A stretch of DNA of 64,000 nucleotides from Utricularia gibba (lineage: Eukaryota > Plantae > Magnoliophyta), in contig NEEC01000016.1 of NCBI GenBank assembly GCA_002189035.1, forward strand, positions 1,116,001 to 1,180,000, given 5' to 3'. Shown here piece after piece: positions 52,861 to 64,000 of this stretch. The stretch's first letter is position 1. Every line of letters starts with the position of its first letter. The notes under the pieces were generated by a model that was not told the origin of the DNA, did not search any database, and was given only the letters and a program-made list of their open reading frames with translations. The translations under genes were made by a program, and so were the position numbers.

Positions 52861-54603
52861 ATGGTGAAGGAGAGGATCAAGATCAAGAGAATTGAAAACC
52901 TGAGCGCCCGGCAGGTGACTTTTTCTAAGAGAAGAAAAGGGCTTATCAAGAAAGCCAAGGAGCTGTCTGTTCTCTGCGATGCCGAAGTTGCCCTCATAAT
53001 CTTCTCCTCCACTGGGAAGCTCTTTGAGTTCTCCAGCTCCAGGTGAGTCCAGTTTCTTTTAGTGTGTGCGTGCGGGTTGCTTCTTACTTGGATAAATCGG
53101 GGGAACACCAGATCCGTAACAGAAAATAGGGGTTCACGATCTGGAGATTCCTCTTTCTTACATGACCTTGTTTTTCTTTCAAAGATTGTTTCTGGGGATA
53201 TTTGAATCTAGTTGATGTTCATTAGTTCTACGCAGTCATTTCGGTTGTAGCAAGAAATTGGCATCTGTAGAGGATTTATGGTATTTTCTGCGAATAACGA
53301 ACCTAAGTTTCCAGTCTCAAAACATCTTAGAAACTAGAAGGAAATAGAAATACAAGGGAAGTCGAATGCAAGACAGAAGTTCTGCAAACACTACAGTAAT
53401 TAAGCTAAGATGGTTGTTGATTGGGATGTGGTAAAAATCTGACAATTGTGAAGTTCAACTTCCCTGTTAGATTGATTACTTGCTGTCGGCTACCTCTATG
53501 CATTGCTTTGTTATTACCATTAAGTCAAGCTAAACTCATGTTTGTCTTTTTTTGATGGCTGTGAAGCATGGATAGTATACTTGAAAGGTTTAATCTGGTG
53601 TCCAAGAGTCATGAGACGCAGGCACAGCAGCCCTCACTTGATCTTCAGGTACTAGCGAGATTTAGTAGTATGCACTGCCCTTGAACTGCGAATGATATCG
53701 TGGTTATGGCAGCTTCTGGTGAATGGTGATTTCCCCACATTAAGCAAAGAAGTGGCTGAGAAAACCCGTTTACTGAGGTAGTGTGTTTTCACTTGATTTC
53801 TTGAGAAAACTTGGTTATATCGATACCTGAACGGAATTTGAAGGCGAATGCGAGGCGAAGATCTCCAGGGACTGAGTCTCCAAGAGCTGCAATCTTTGCA
53901 GAAGTCACTAGCAATAGGATTGGATCGTGTCATGGCCAAGAAGGTAGTTGCAATGCATCCATGAAAGAAAAACCCTTGAGAGAATCAAGGCTGCCCTTTT
54001 GATTCTCATGGTCTTAACTTTTTCACAGAATGAGAAGATCGCTAAACAAACAATTGAATTGCGAGAGAAGGTACATTCCTCATGCTTCACTGGCGCATTT
54101 CTCATTCTTTGTCCAACACTGGTACCCGAATGTGCAGATATTGCAGCTCTCAAAGGAGAATGCCCTTCTCAGACAAGAGGTATATGTTGCAAGTTGCAAC
54201 AACGTGTGTTCCTCCAAGACAGAGCAGTAACCCACCTTCAAGCAACAAGTATTCTTCTTACCTCCACAACTCTCTTATTCAGGTGGAGGATGTGTCAAGC
54301 AGCAGCCAGAAGATGTGCACCGCAAGCTCAGAAACTATACTCTACGACGACGTCCCATCATCATCGTTTTCTAAGAGCTCGTCGGACACTTCTCTCACAC
54401 TGGGGTGAGTGGTCTTCTTCATTCCTGCAATTGCAGCTAGTCACCTTTTCCAGGAGCAGAACTTCTTCCGCAGCAACTCCTACTTTGTGAATCGTACCAG
54501 TTCCTCTTTGTACTCAACTTCACCAGGTGTTGCGCTTGTGTTTCGTTGCAGTGCCGCCTGCATCGTAGATGAAACCAGCCGAGGTACCGGTGCTTCATGG
54601 TGA
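52861..54603 (+). CDS. SVP/StMADS11-clade MIKC MADS-box protein (array unit C, apparently intact)
   Basis: Exons 52861-53042 ([60 protein letters not shown]), 53567-53648, 53713-53777, a 100-nt [10 protein letters not shown] exon, two 42-nt exons and an exon ending SSDTSLTLG (54404). The last exon and stop position are uncertain. Confidence 0.9.
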
Positions 54604-56381
54604 TGCGTGTGCATGCCACAGTTTGGAATCATTTCCACAGCATTTCCCTTGTTTGTGTTATGTTCAAACCTAATTCTAATTCATAAAAAAATCATCTTTG
54701 GGATAGTCTTTTAAACATGTGAATGCTTCTATAAAAAAATTTAATAAATATTTTTATTATTAAATATGATTGGTTTATATTATAAAAATATGATTTTTGT
54801 TAAGAAAGACTGTACATCTGAAGCGTTTTTTTATTTGTAGACTTATAATTTCTAGTTTATTAAAAATATGTTTTAAAATATTTTTTGAGAAGTAAACATA
54901 TTGTCCATCATTCAATACCCATAGTTTACTTGTATAATATTATTTCGTTTTAGATATATAATTTTTAAAGGTAATCTATTTATATAACCACATTCTGTCT
55001 TCGTCTCCTAATATATATGAGATAAAAAAAAAAGTATTATGGGAGAGAGGAGGGAGAGCTCAATTTTTTTAATATATTTTCCACATAAATTTTCAAAAAA
55101 TGAGAATTTAAAATAAATTTATGTTTTATAAATGTAAAAAGGGATTACATAATAATAAATATGCTACGTTGTAAAATGATAAATCAATTTGTAATAATAT
55201 AGAAATAACAATAAAAATTTAAAACTCTAATTTCTTGAAATTCTAAAAAAAATTTACAGAAATGAATTTAAATAAATAAAAATAAGATCATTGAATAAAA
55301 AATTATTAGAATGAGAACTAAAGTAAACTTCCATATTCTTGTATGAAAAATTTTATTCAAAAAAAAAGAATGTAAAATCGTGAGAGTTGAGTACCGTACT
55401 TGAAGAGGTTAATATACTTCAAGGAGATGATGTCTATTTGATATTAAAGTCAAACCGGAATCCTTAATTGATGGTGGGATAAGGTTCAATGAGGATACTA
55501 AATTTTCAAGGTAAGTGAAATAGACCTAGTTCAAGGAATAATATAAGTATATTAGATGAATTCTATATCAGTTATGAATGAGATAGAAAAACATTTTTTT
55601 TATAAAGTCATTCTCTAATTTTATATGATATATTTTCTCTGAAAAATAAAATAAAATCATAAAATTTGAATACTCAAAACAAATAATATTATACAATAAT
55701 AGTATGGGTCATAAAAGATCAAATGAGCAAAATCTTTGATTGACATTCATGTGTTATTTTTTAGAATAATAATTTCATATTTTTTTAAAAAATGAACAAT
55801 AATGTTTTTTCAGAATTATTAATTTTTTATTTAAAAATAAAATGTGGTAGCATTAATCAGTTCCAAGGGCTAGAGAGTGGGGCGGGCATCTTTTAATAAA
55901 TGTTGGTTCACTTTCTCTCCTCTGTCAGAGTCCATGGTTTTTGTTTCCTGCCAAAAAAACCAGAAGAGTCCATGGTTTTGGTTTTTTTTTTTTTTTTTCT
56001 TGTTCTCTCTTTCCGACGGCTCCTATTTTTAGAAGTCGACGTGCTACCCACCGGCTGTCACGTGAAGACCCGACCGGCTTCCCTTTCCTCAGCGTTCTGG
56101 AATAATTTGTTCGGAGTGGAAAATGGCAAAAAAAATCAGATGAACCCTTTGCAGGTTTTATGTGGAATGGAATGAAAAATGCTGAGGAGGAAACTCTCGC
56201 TCAAAATGTTTTTTTTTGCGATAGACAAGTAATGCACTACTCGGAATTCTCAACAGAAGCTCCACAAATCTAGGAGCAGAGGGAGAAGGAATCTTGAAAG
56301 AGTAGCCATCTGTTGGAGGATGTGGAGAAGTTTGTCGTCTCATTTTCCAACTAACATCATAGATTACAGACATTCAGTTCA

Positions 56382-57164
56382 TTTTCCAGGAGAAGAAAAG
56401 GGCTCATCAAGAAGGCTAAGGAGCATTCAGTTCTCTGCGATGCCGGAGTTCGCCTGATAGTCTTCTCCTACGCTGGGAAGCTCCGTGAGTTCTCAGGTTC
56501 GTACATTTTTTTCTTGTTTGAAGTGGTTGTTTCTTTCTGAAAAGGGCGTTTTCCAGACATTGGGGCATCAGATCTCTTGGAGAAAAGGATACTTGTGACG
56601 TTGTTGGCCATGATCTGGAAACATTTCTTTGCGTTGCCATATTCATTGTTTCCGTACCACCTAGAAACTAAGTACTGAATGGAAAAAAAAAAGAGAGAGA
56701 AAGAAAGAAAGTATGTCCAAGAATAGCTACCAGGTTTTTTTTTTTTTTTTTTGTTTGAAACAAAATCGTATTCGATTCGCATTTTCATTATCCATTTGAG
56801 AGCAAAATGTGCTTCAGTCAAGGAAGGGTTCATACTTCAAAATGTGCAAAATGTGCATTGCACATTTCTAGAATGAAAAGCATAAACTCTATCTTATGTT
56901 ATGAATGATAGCTTCTGCTTCCTACGATCCTCGCAAACTGTTGTGTTGATAGTAGATGCTTGCTGCATCTTTTGTTGCAACATTCAAGGCATATTTCACA
57001 CTTCTTGCCGTTTGTTATGATCTGAATCCCGTTTTTCCAACGCATACCATGATGCTTCAGTTATGATACACTACAATCATGAAGAATGGAGGATCTACTT
57101 CGGAGGTAGAGCTTGAAGTCTGAATCCTGAGAAGATGGGACGGCAGCCATGGCTTGATCTTGAG
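56382..57164 (+). pseudogene. SVP-like MADS pseudogene (array unit D)
   Basis: [38 protein letters not shown]|GT (56382-56496) lacks the N-terminal part of the MADS box. The exon-2 remnant 57085-57164 aligns to unit F exon 2 but has an in-frame TAG and a frameshift. No K-box exons were found. Confidence 0.85.
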
Positions 57165-58393
57165 GTAAGAAGTATGCTGCTTCAGTCATATCCTGCTTCT
57201 TGATGAGGCAGCAACTAAGCTACATGTCTCAAGCTAGTTTTTCACTCTGATGAACTACATGAGAAGGTAAGGAGATGGCTAGGCCTAGGGTTACCCTGCT
57301 GATCACAACTGTGCTTATGCTCATGCATTTCTGTATGCTCGTTTCTTCGAGCTGTCTGTGCTTGATGTCTCGTTCCGGATCCTCAGCTTCCTGGAACAGC
57401 ATGATCTACTAAGATGCGAGGCTGGTGTTGGTGAAGCTTCATGCTACATCTTCCACATTCTTCTCTAGATGTTGGATGTATCAAATGGTAGCTTAAAAAG
57501 GACTACCAGAAGCTGCTAACTAGGTGAAGTTCGATCATCTGAATCTCAGTACATGTTGTAATATTTAATTACAATGGTTTAATTATTAGAAGAGAAAATT
57601 ACGAGGAAATTAATAAATCAAAGACTTGGGTTAGTCTTTGATGGTTGTAATCGAATTTATAATCTTTCATAAGATTTGACTCGATTGAATTATCAAGTCT
57701 ATGATTTATTGATTCTTTTTTTCTTGTTCTTATTCCTTTCAATCTACACGATGGATGGACGCCATCAAGATTCCAAAAGATCATCACACAGCCACTGTCT
57801 CATTCTTCATTTGGAAGGAGTTTCCACTAATGAAGCTAATGTTGTCCTTGGTTGAAGGCACCAAAGGAGCTTCAATATGTCATCCTTAATGTTTGGAAAA
57901 CACACATTCTTGAAATCCTAGCACTTGGAACTTCAATATTTGACATGATCTGATTTTGTTAAAATCGAGTAAATTATATTTTCAAGTAATTTATCGAATA
58001 TTTTAAAAGTTTTTTTTTTTTCTAGAATGAGAAACTTGAACCCTAAATTATGAGGATAGTCATATGGAAACACATCAAAATTTTAAAATTTTCTAAAATA
58101 TATATGTATTTTTTAATTGTAATGAATAAAAAATAAAAAAAGGAGGGGTGGGTGTGGTCCCGCATGTGCACAAAACACTGTCCACTCCATTTGGAGCTCT
58201 CGCTTCTCTGTCTTCCTTTCTACGTGTGTGTTTGCAACTGGATTTATCAAGTCCTATTTTTAGAAACACCTTTTACTTTACAAGAAACCCCACTTCATAG
58301 TTTCGCCTTCTTGCTTCCTGCTGCAGTCATCTCAACCCAGTCTCATCCAAATCCAACGCCACACCCGCCACCGACCGAGACTCAGCTCAAGGT

Positions 58394-60304
58394 ATGGCTC
58401 GGGAGAAGATCAAGATCAAGAGAATCGACAACCTGAGCGCCCGGCAAGTCACTTTTTCCAAGAGAAGAAAAGGGCTCATCAAGAAGGCTAACGAGCTTGC
58501 TGTTCTCTGCGATGCTGAAGTTGGTCTCATAATCTTCTCCTCCACTGGGAAGCTCTTCGAGTATTCCAGCTCCAGGTACCCTTTTGTATGTGATTTTTAT
58601 CTCTGTGTTAACATTAGATCTTCTGGGGGAGTGTTTGAATCAATCCCAGTGGCATGATCTGAAAGTATTTCTTGTTCTTTGCCTTCCTGCCAAGTTCCAG
58701 TTCGGGATCTGGTACTGAGTCAACGTTTAATGCGTCCGTACACCCCTTTGTAGGTGTTTTCGAACTAGAAGCCATAAAGTTTAACAAGCAGGCATATGTT
58801 TATGTTGCAGAGACCTTTTTCCCATGAACCCAAGTTCCTACATGCATCAAAAAAAGATTTTTTTAAGGGGGGGATTGTGTTCTTTATACAAATATGTTTT
58901 TTCTTTGTGCTGCTTCTTTCATATGGCATCACCAAAGAAAACAATTTTATGATGCAACTTCTGCTATTTGAGCATGCAACCCTTGCTTTGGAATACTTCA
59001 TTGGCTTTAAGAGCTGATGGTGTGGAGAGCCAGGGTTCTAAATACAATTTGAAAATGGTTTTGTCTACCCAATGTAAAACGATCTGCTTCATTTTATAAG
59101 AAATTCTTGTGTGTTCTAATGAAATGATATGTGTTATAGTTCAAGGTGGATCATTTTGCCTTGTATTGAACTTGATTTCTTCCTTGGGGTATATGAGGAA
59201 CTCTATCAATTCCCTTCATCTGCATTAACCATAAAATTTCATGTGTTTTCATCTTGATCATTACTCAAAATCCTAGCAAGTTTCTCTGCATCGAAATCCC
59301 TTTATTGCGTTTTACCAAGAGGAATGCATAGTGAAGCATCATTTTCCCCTACCCTCCATGAAATCCAAGCTGATACACTCTTTCGTTTCGATGCCATAAA
59401 GCATGGACGATATTCTTGAAAGATATCGTTTGCATTGCAAGAATGCTAGCAATCTGGTGCAGCCCTCACTTGATCTTGAGGTACTTGTATATACTCGGTT
59501 CTTGATTTTCGTTTAGTTGCTTCACTAACGAGCTGCGCGGACTTTGCAGCTTGTGGTTGGCAGTGACTTACCAACACTAAGCAAAGAAGTGATAGAGAGA
59601 ACTCGCCAACTCAGGTGCTCTACTCCTTATATTTGTTATCTCAAGCTCTTCTGATACTCATTTACTGATGAAGGCGCATGAGAGGGGAGGATCTACAGGG
59701 ACTGAGTATTGACGAATTGCAATCTATGGAGAAGTCCCTCGGGGCAGGACTGAACCGTGTTTCTGCGAAGAAGGTAGGCGCTAAAGCTCGTACCCTTTGC
59801 AAAATATCATACATTGAGTCATCATCTTGGAATTTCTTGATAGAATGAGAAGATCAAGAAACGGGCTGACGAACTGCAACAGAAGGTTAGCTTCATCATC
59901 TTCTTGCTTCTTGGTACATGGCCTTCCATGGCAGACACAGTCTAGTACTCATATATTGACATGCATGTCGACGTTCAGATAATGCAGTTAGCAGACGAGA
60001 ATGAGCTACTGGCACGAGAGGTAGGTGATGATGAAGCATTCATTCCTTCATGGGCTACCTACTCCTCAAATAAAATCTGCTGCTCAGGTGGAGTATCTAT
60101 CTAATAGAAGCCACCCAGACGGCCCTCCGAGCTCGGAAACTACAGGCTTCGACGATGTACCGTCGTCGGAATCCACCACCTCCATCACAGATCCTATTCT
60201 ATCCAAGAGCTCATCGGATGCATCACTCACACTAGGGTAAACCCCTTTTGTTTTTTCACTGATTTTTCATTTTTCACTACAGACGAGCACAATTCGAGCA
60301 GTGA
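58394..60304 (+). CDS. SVP/StMADS11-clade MIKC MADS-box protein (array unit E, apparently intact)
   Basis: Eight GT-AG exons: [35 protein letters not shown].. (58394-58575), [15 protein letters not shown] (59402-59480), [57 protein letters not shown], ..[15 protein letters not shown]. Confidence 0.92.
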
Positions 60305-62116
60305 CTGAGTGAAAACTTAACAACATTCAAGGCTGGGTTGCAACGTCCCCGAGCCCGATCGAACTACTTCTTCCAAGGGTTCACTTCTGAGCGAAACGCT
60401 GTCCTGAAAGGGAGTTCTGGTTCTCGGTGGAAGATGCGAGTTACAGAGACCACAAGGTCGCCGGGGTACCTTCAGAGGTGCTTTGTTTCTACGTAGAAGC
60501 TGTTCCTGCTATACTTTGCGCCCTCTTGATTTTTTTTGTGGGATTATTAGAAATTTATGTTTTAAAATCAACCATTCGATTTAATAATTTTTTTTATAAA
60601 TGTAAAAATATTATGGAGTATAAAAATGTAAAATTTAAATAATTACTTTTATTTTGTATAAATCATGAATAAACAGGATAATGAATTGAATTGGAATTGT
60701 CCCATTTAATTATTAAGCGCACAAGTTTTACTGGTGTATATTTATTTTTGTTTTTGAAATTAACAACTTTTTATAATTTTCATATAGGTATAATTTAATT
60801 TAGGTGTTTCAAAATAAAAACATACTACATCTTGGAAACTTATGCACAATTTTATCTTGTTTATAAGAAAATTATCAACATTGTGATTTATTATGTTATT
60901 GATGATGCATTGATAAAATATTTGTTTTTAAAGGTATTAGTTTGTATGATAAATAAGTTAATAACTCTTAAATCAATATTACGAACGAAAATTTAAAAAT
61001 ATAGTAAAATGTGTAATTAAACTTAAAATTGTATCATTATTAGATATTAAAACAACACAACTAATGTCAATGAAAATAAAAAGAACTGTAAATGTCATAT
61101 CGTATATTGCAGTATTGACGATTTGAAATGAAATAAATGAAAAACATTTCAAACAAGTTAATTTTTAAACAAAATTAATATAAAGAGTATAGTTTATGAG
61201 CTATAATAGATATTAAAGAAATCAATATTTTTATAATTAAGTTGATATGAATAAAGAACTAATTTATTGAATGTTCTTTTGAATAGCTGCACTTTTTGAC
61301 GTATTTTTAGTAATTTCCTTATTGGGAGCATTGCTATTTTAATATAGAGGATGACAAAATGGAAGTCACGTGATTCGTTGGATTAATCGAATCAGGACAT
61401 TAAATGACACGTGGCATTAAGCCAGTGGTGCTTACGTTAAAGCTTCCAAATTTGAAAACTATGCTGTTGGTTAAATCTGGACACATTTTTCCAAATCTGC
61501 CCTTTGACGTAATTAGGAAGATAGGTTTTGGTTATGAGCTGGACAATTAAGGCTCTAAAACACTTCTTAATTCTGCTTTTTTACTTTTAAAATTTGTAAA
61601 ATGAATTTAAAAGAATAATGGCTGCTTTTCCCAAACTGCCCTGTCCTTTATTCTTTCCCATCTGGTGTTTGGCTTTATCGTTGTTTGTCTCAAGGGTACT
61701 TTAGTACATACACATTACTGATATAAATACAGTGGCATTCCAGGAAAATTGAAGCTCACTGTTCCTCGCATTCAAACGTCCTTGTCTGTCATCTTGGTCA
61801 GACAAATTTTTCTTCCAAAAATGCCCTCGAGAAATGGAAAAATAAACGGCATGTGGGAAACAATCTGAAATATATATTATATAGATGTATGTCAGAATCT
61901 TTCGCTGGGAGGGCCTTTTGGTCATAAATGTATTTCTCTCACTACCAGCGAGAATGAATTGGGACAGCAATACTGGTTATATTCGGAATCCTCTCTCTTG
62001 GTGTTCGGAAGCCGGCTCCTGTTTTTAGGGATTTTCTTTTATGTGGTCATTTCTGAGCAGTCTTATCTTTTTCAAGGAGATCTTGACCTGTGATCTGAGC
62101 TCTGGGATGCCCAAAA

Positions 62117-63917
62117 ATGGCACGAGAAAAGATCAAGATAAAGAGAATCGACAACTTGAGCGCTCGGCAAGTGACTTTTTCCAAGAGAAGAAAAGGGCTC
62201 ATCAAGAAGGCTAAAGAGCTCTCAGTTCTCTGCGATGCCGAAGTTGGTCTCATAATCTTCTCCTCCACTGGGAAGCTCTTCGAATTCTCCAGCTCCAGGT
62301 ACCCTTTTTCTCTTGCTTCTTCATTTGAAGTCTTTCAAGTGTGTGTTTCTTTTTTTCATCAGATCTTAGGGAGAAAAAGAGGGTTTTGGGGGTCTACACT
62401 TATTTTTCCACCATACAAGTATGTGTTGGGATCTGAGAATTTGTAACATGGTGTCAACGTGCATACACCCACTTTTGAAGAAGCGCAGAGCAATTTGGTT
62501 TGGCTCAATTTGCACCAACGCTGTAGCAGAAACTTGTTCTCTCTCTTTTGGGCGTTCCTTTTTCAGGATCAGTAGATTTAGACCATATTCTCTTCAAATA
62601 GCCATTTTTTTAATAAACTAGGGTAGTGTGTGAATGATACGATGTGTGTGCATTGTGCTTAGAACCTTAAACTCACTTGTAATAAATGACGCCAAGCTTA
62701 GTTTAATTCGATTGTAGTCTGTGTAAACTTATTACCTAAACTGGTTATTTTATCAAGTATTGTTTAACTTAATCAACTTGTGTTGTGAAGTTCAACTCTC
62801 ATACACATGTGAATAGGGCAAACCAAATTCTGTCACTTGCGTTGTACATAACAAGCCTTTTCTGTACATTGAGGAGAAGCTAACTTTGGCTCTTTTTTTG
62901 ATGGTGAGAAGCATGGATGCCATGCTTCAGAGGTACAGTCTGCAGTGCATTCATAATCCTGATAAGCTGGGGCAGCCATCGCTTGATCTTGAGGTACTAC
63001 CATGAAGTGTTATTGTTCATAACCTGACCTTTTGTATGTTTTTTCTGCGTCACAACGTTGGTTGCATTGCAGCTCGTAGTGAACAACAAGTTCCCCACGT
63101 TAAGCAAGGAAGTGATGGAGAAGAACCGGCAACTGAGGTAGGCTTCATGGACTTGTCGTATAACCCCCAGCTTCTTTGATCGTGATAAGGGAAATGTGAT
63201 GCCAAAAACAGGCAAATGAGAGGGGAGGATCTCGTGGGTCTGAGCATTGGCGAATTGGAGGCTATGGAGAAATCTCTGGAAACCGGATTGAACCGTGTCA
63301 CTGCGTTGAAGGTAGGCACAATGCAAGCACCTAGGGAAGCATCAGAGAACGAAAACTAATACTCTTATCGTACTGTTTTGCAGAATGAAAGGTTCATGAA
63401 GGAGACCAATGAACTACAGGACAAGGTCATGACTCTTAACCTCGAGTATTGCTCGGTTTCGAAAGAATGACGCCTTTCTCGACGAATATGCAGGTGATGC
63501 GCCTAACCAAAGCGAACGAGCTACTGAGAAAAGAGGTTCAAACTACACAGCTTTTAGTGCATCGCAAGGTAGGTTGGAGGATCGAAATCAGTTCAGTTAG
63601 TTACCTCTTCTTACATGTTCAGGTGACCAACATTGATTATACAAGACACAAGATGAGCGCAAGTTCAGAAGCCATGCCCTACGATGAGATACCCTTATCG
63701 GAATCCCAAGGGAACTCGGCGCGACATCCACAGGATTCCAAGAGCTCATCGGACACCTCTCTTACTCTGGGGTCACTCTTTTAGACGCTTTTTCTCCTTG
63801 GTAGTGCAAATGTACGCAGCTCGAGTCAAGTGATGATATTTATCAGATGCTCTTTGCTGCAGACTCTCCTGCAATGTGGCGGAATCCAAGAGAGCTCACT
63901 GCGGCGGCGCGCTTTGA
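62117..63917 (+). CDS. SVP/StMADS11-clade MIKC MADS-box protein (array unit F, apparently intact)
   Basis: Eight GT-AG exons: [35 protein letters not shown].. (62117-62298), [15 protein letters not shown] (62912-62993), [52 protein letters not shown], ..[26 protein letters not shown]. The last acceptor is the best guess. Confidence 0.92.
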
Positions 63918-64000
63918 AATCATTGTCGTTATGGTTGTAGTTTGGTCCGCGCTACGACTTTCGTTCCAGTGTGTGATGGTTCGTTGCAGAAATGGAGGCC

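Noticed and set aside
55380-55570. Possible retroelement fragment between MADS units C and D
   Set aside because: There are no termini, TSD or translatable domain, so the evidence is too weak to call.

Overview
Gene-dense eudicot nuclear region with short introns. The compact architecture plus a tandem SVP-like MADS array would fit a small-genome Lamiales such as Lentibulariaceae, but that is an unverified inference. From left to right: a DUF4057/HN1-like gene (cut by the window edge), a VQ gene, a solo LTR with an intact target-site duplication, an Ole e 1-family gene, a decayed intronless Em/LEA_5 gene, CSI1, TSR3, RPL30, tRNA-Trp(CCA), EPFL1, an FBW2-like F-box gene, RABA4, RPS6 head-to-head with a 14-3-3 gene, histone H3.3, a MATE transporter, a classical AGP, two glycine-rich protein genes and PIG-M/PNT1. 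The last ~13 kb is an array of six SVP/StMADS11-clade MADS-box units, three apparently intact and three pseudogenised. Notable points: birth-and-death and C-terminal motif divergence in the MADS array; an apparent GA-AG and a GC-AG intron in the same TSR3 gene; a duplicated splice acceptor in the F-box gene; and a tRNA 169 nt behind the EPFL1 stop codon. Four conserved genes (VQ, CSI1, FBW2-like, RPS6) carry a 1-bp frameshift that is repaired by adding one base to a G/C homopolymer, most likely systematic assembly error. All gene models were spliced and translated by hand; no database searches were run.
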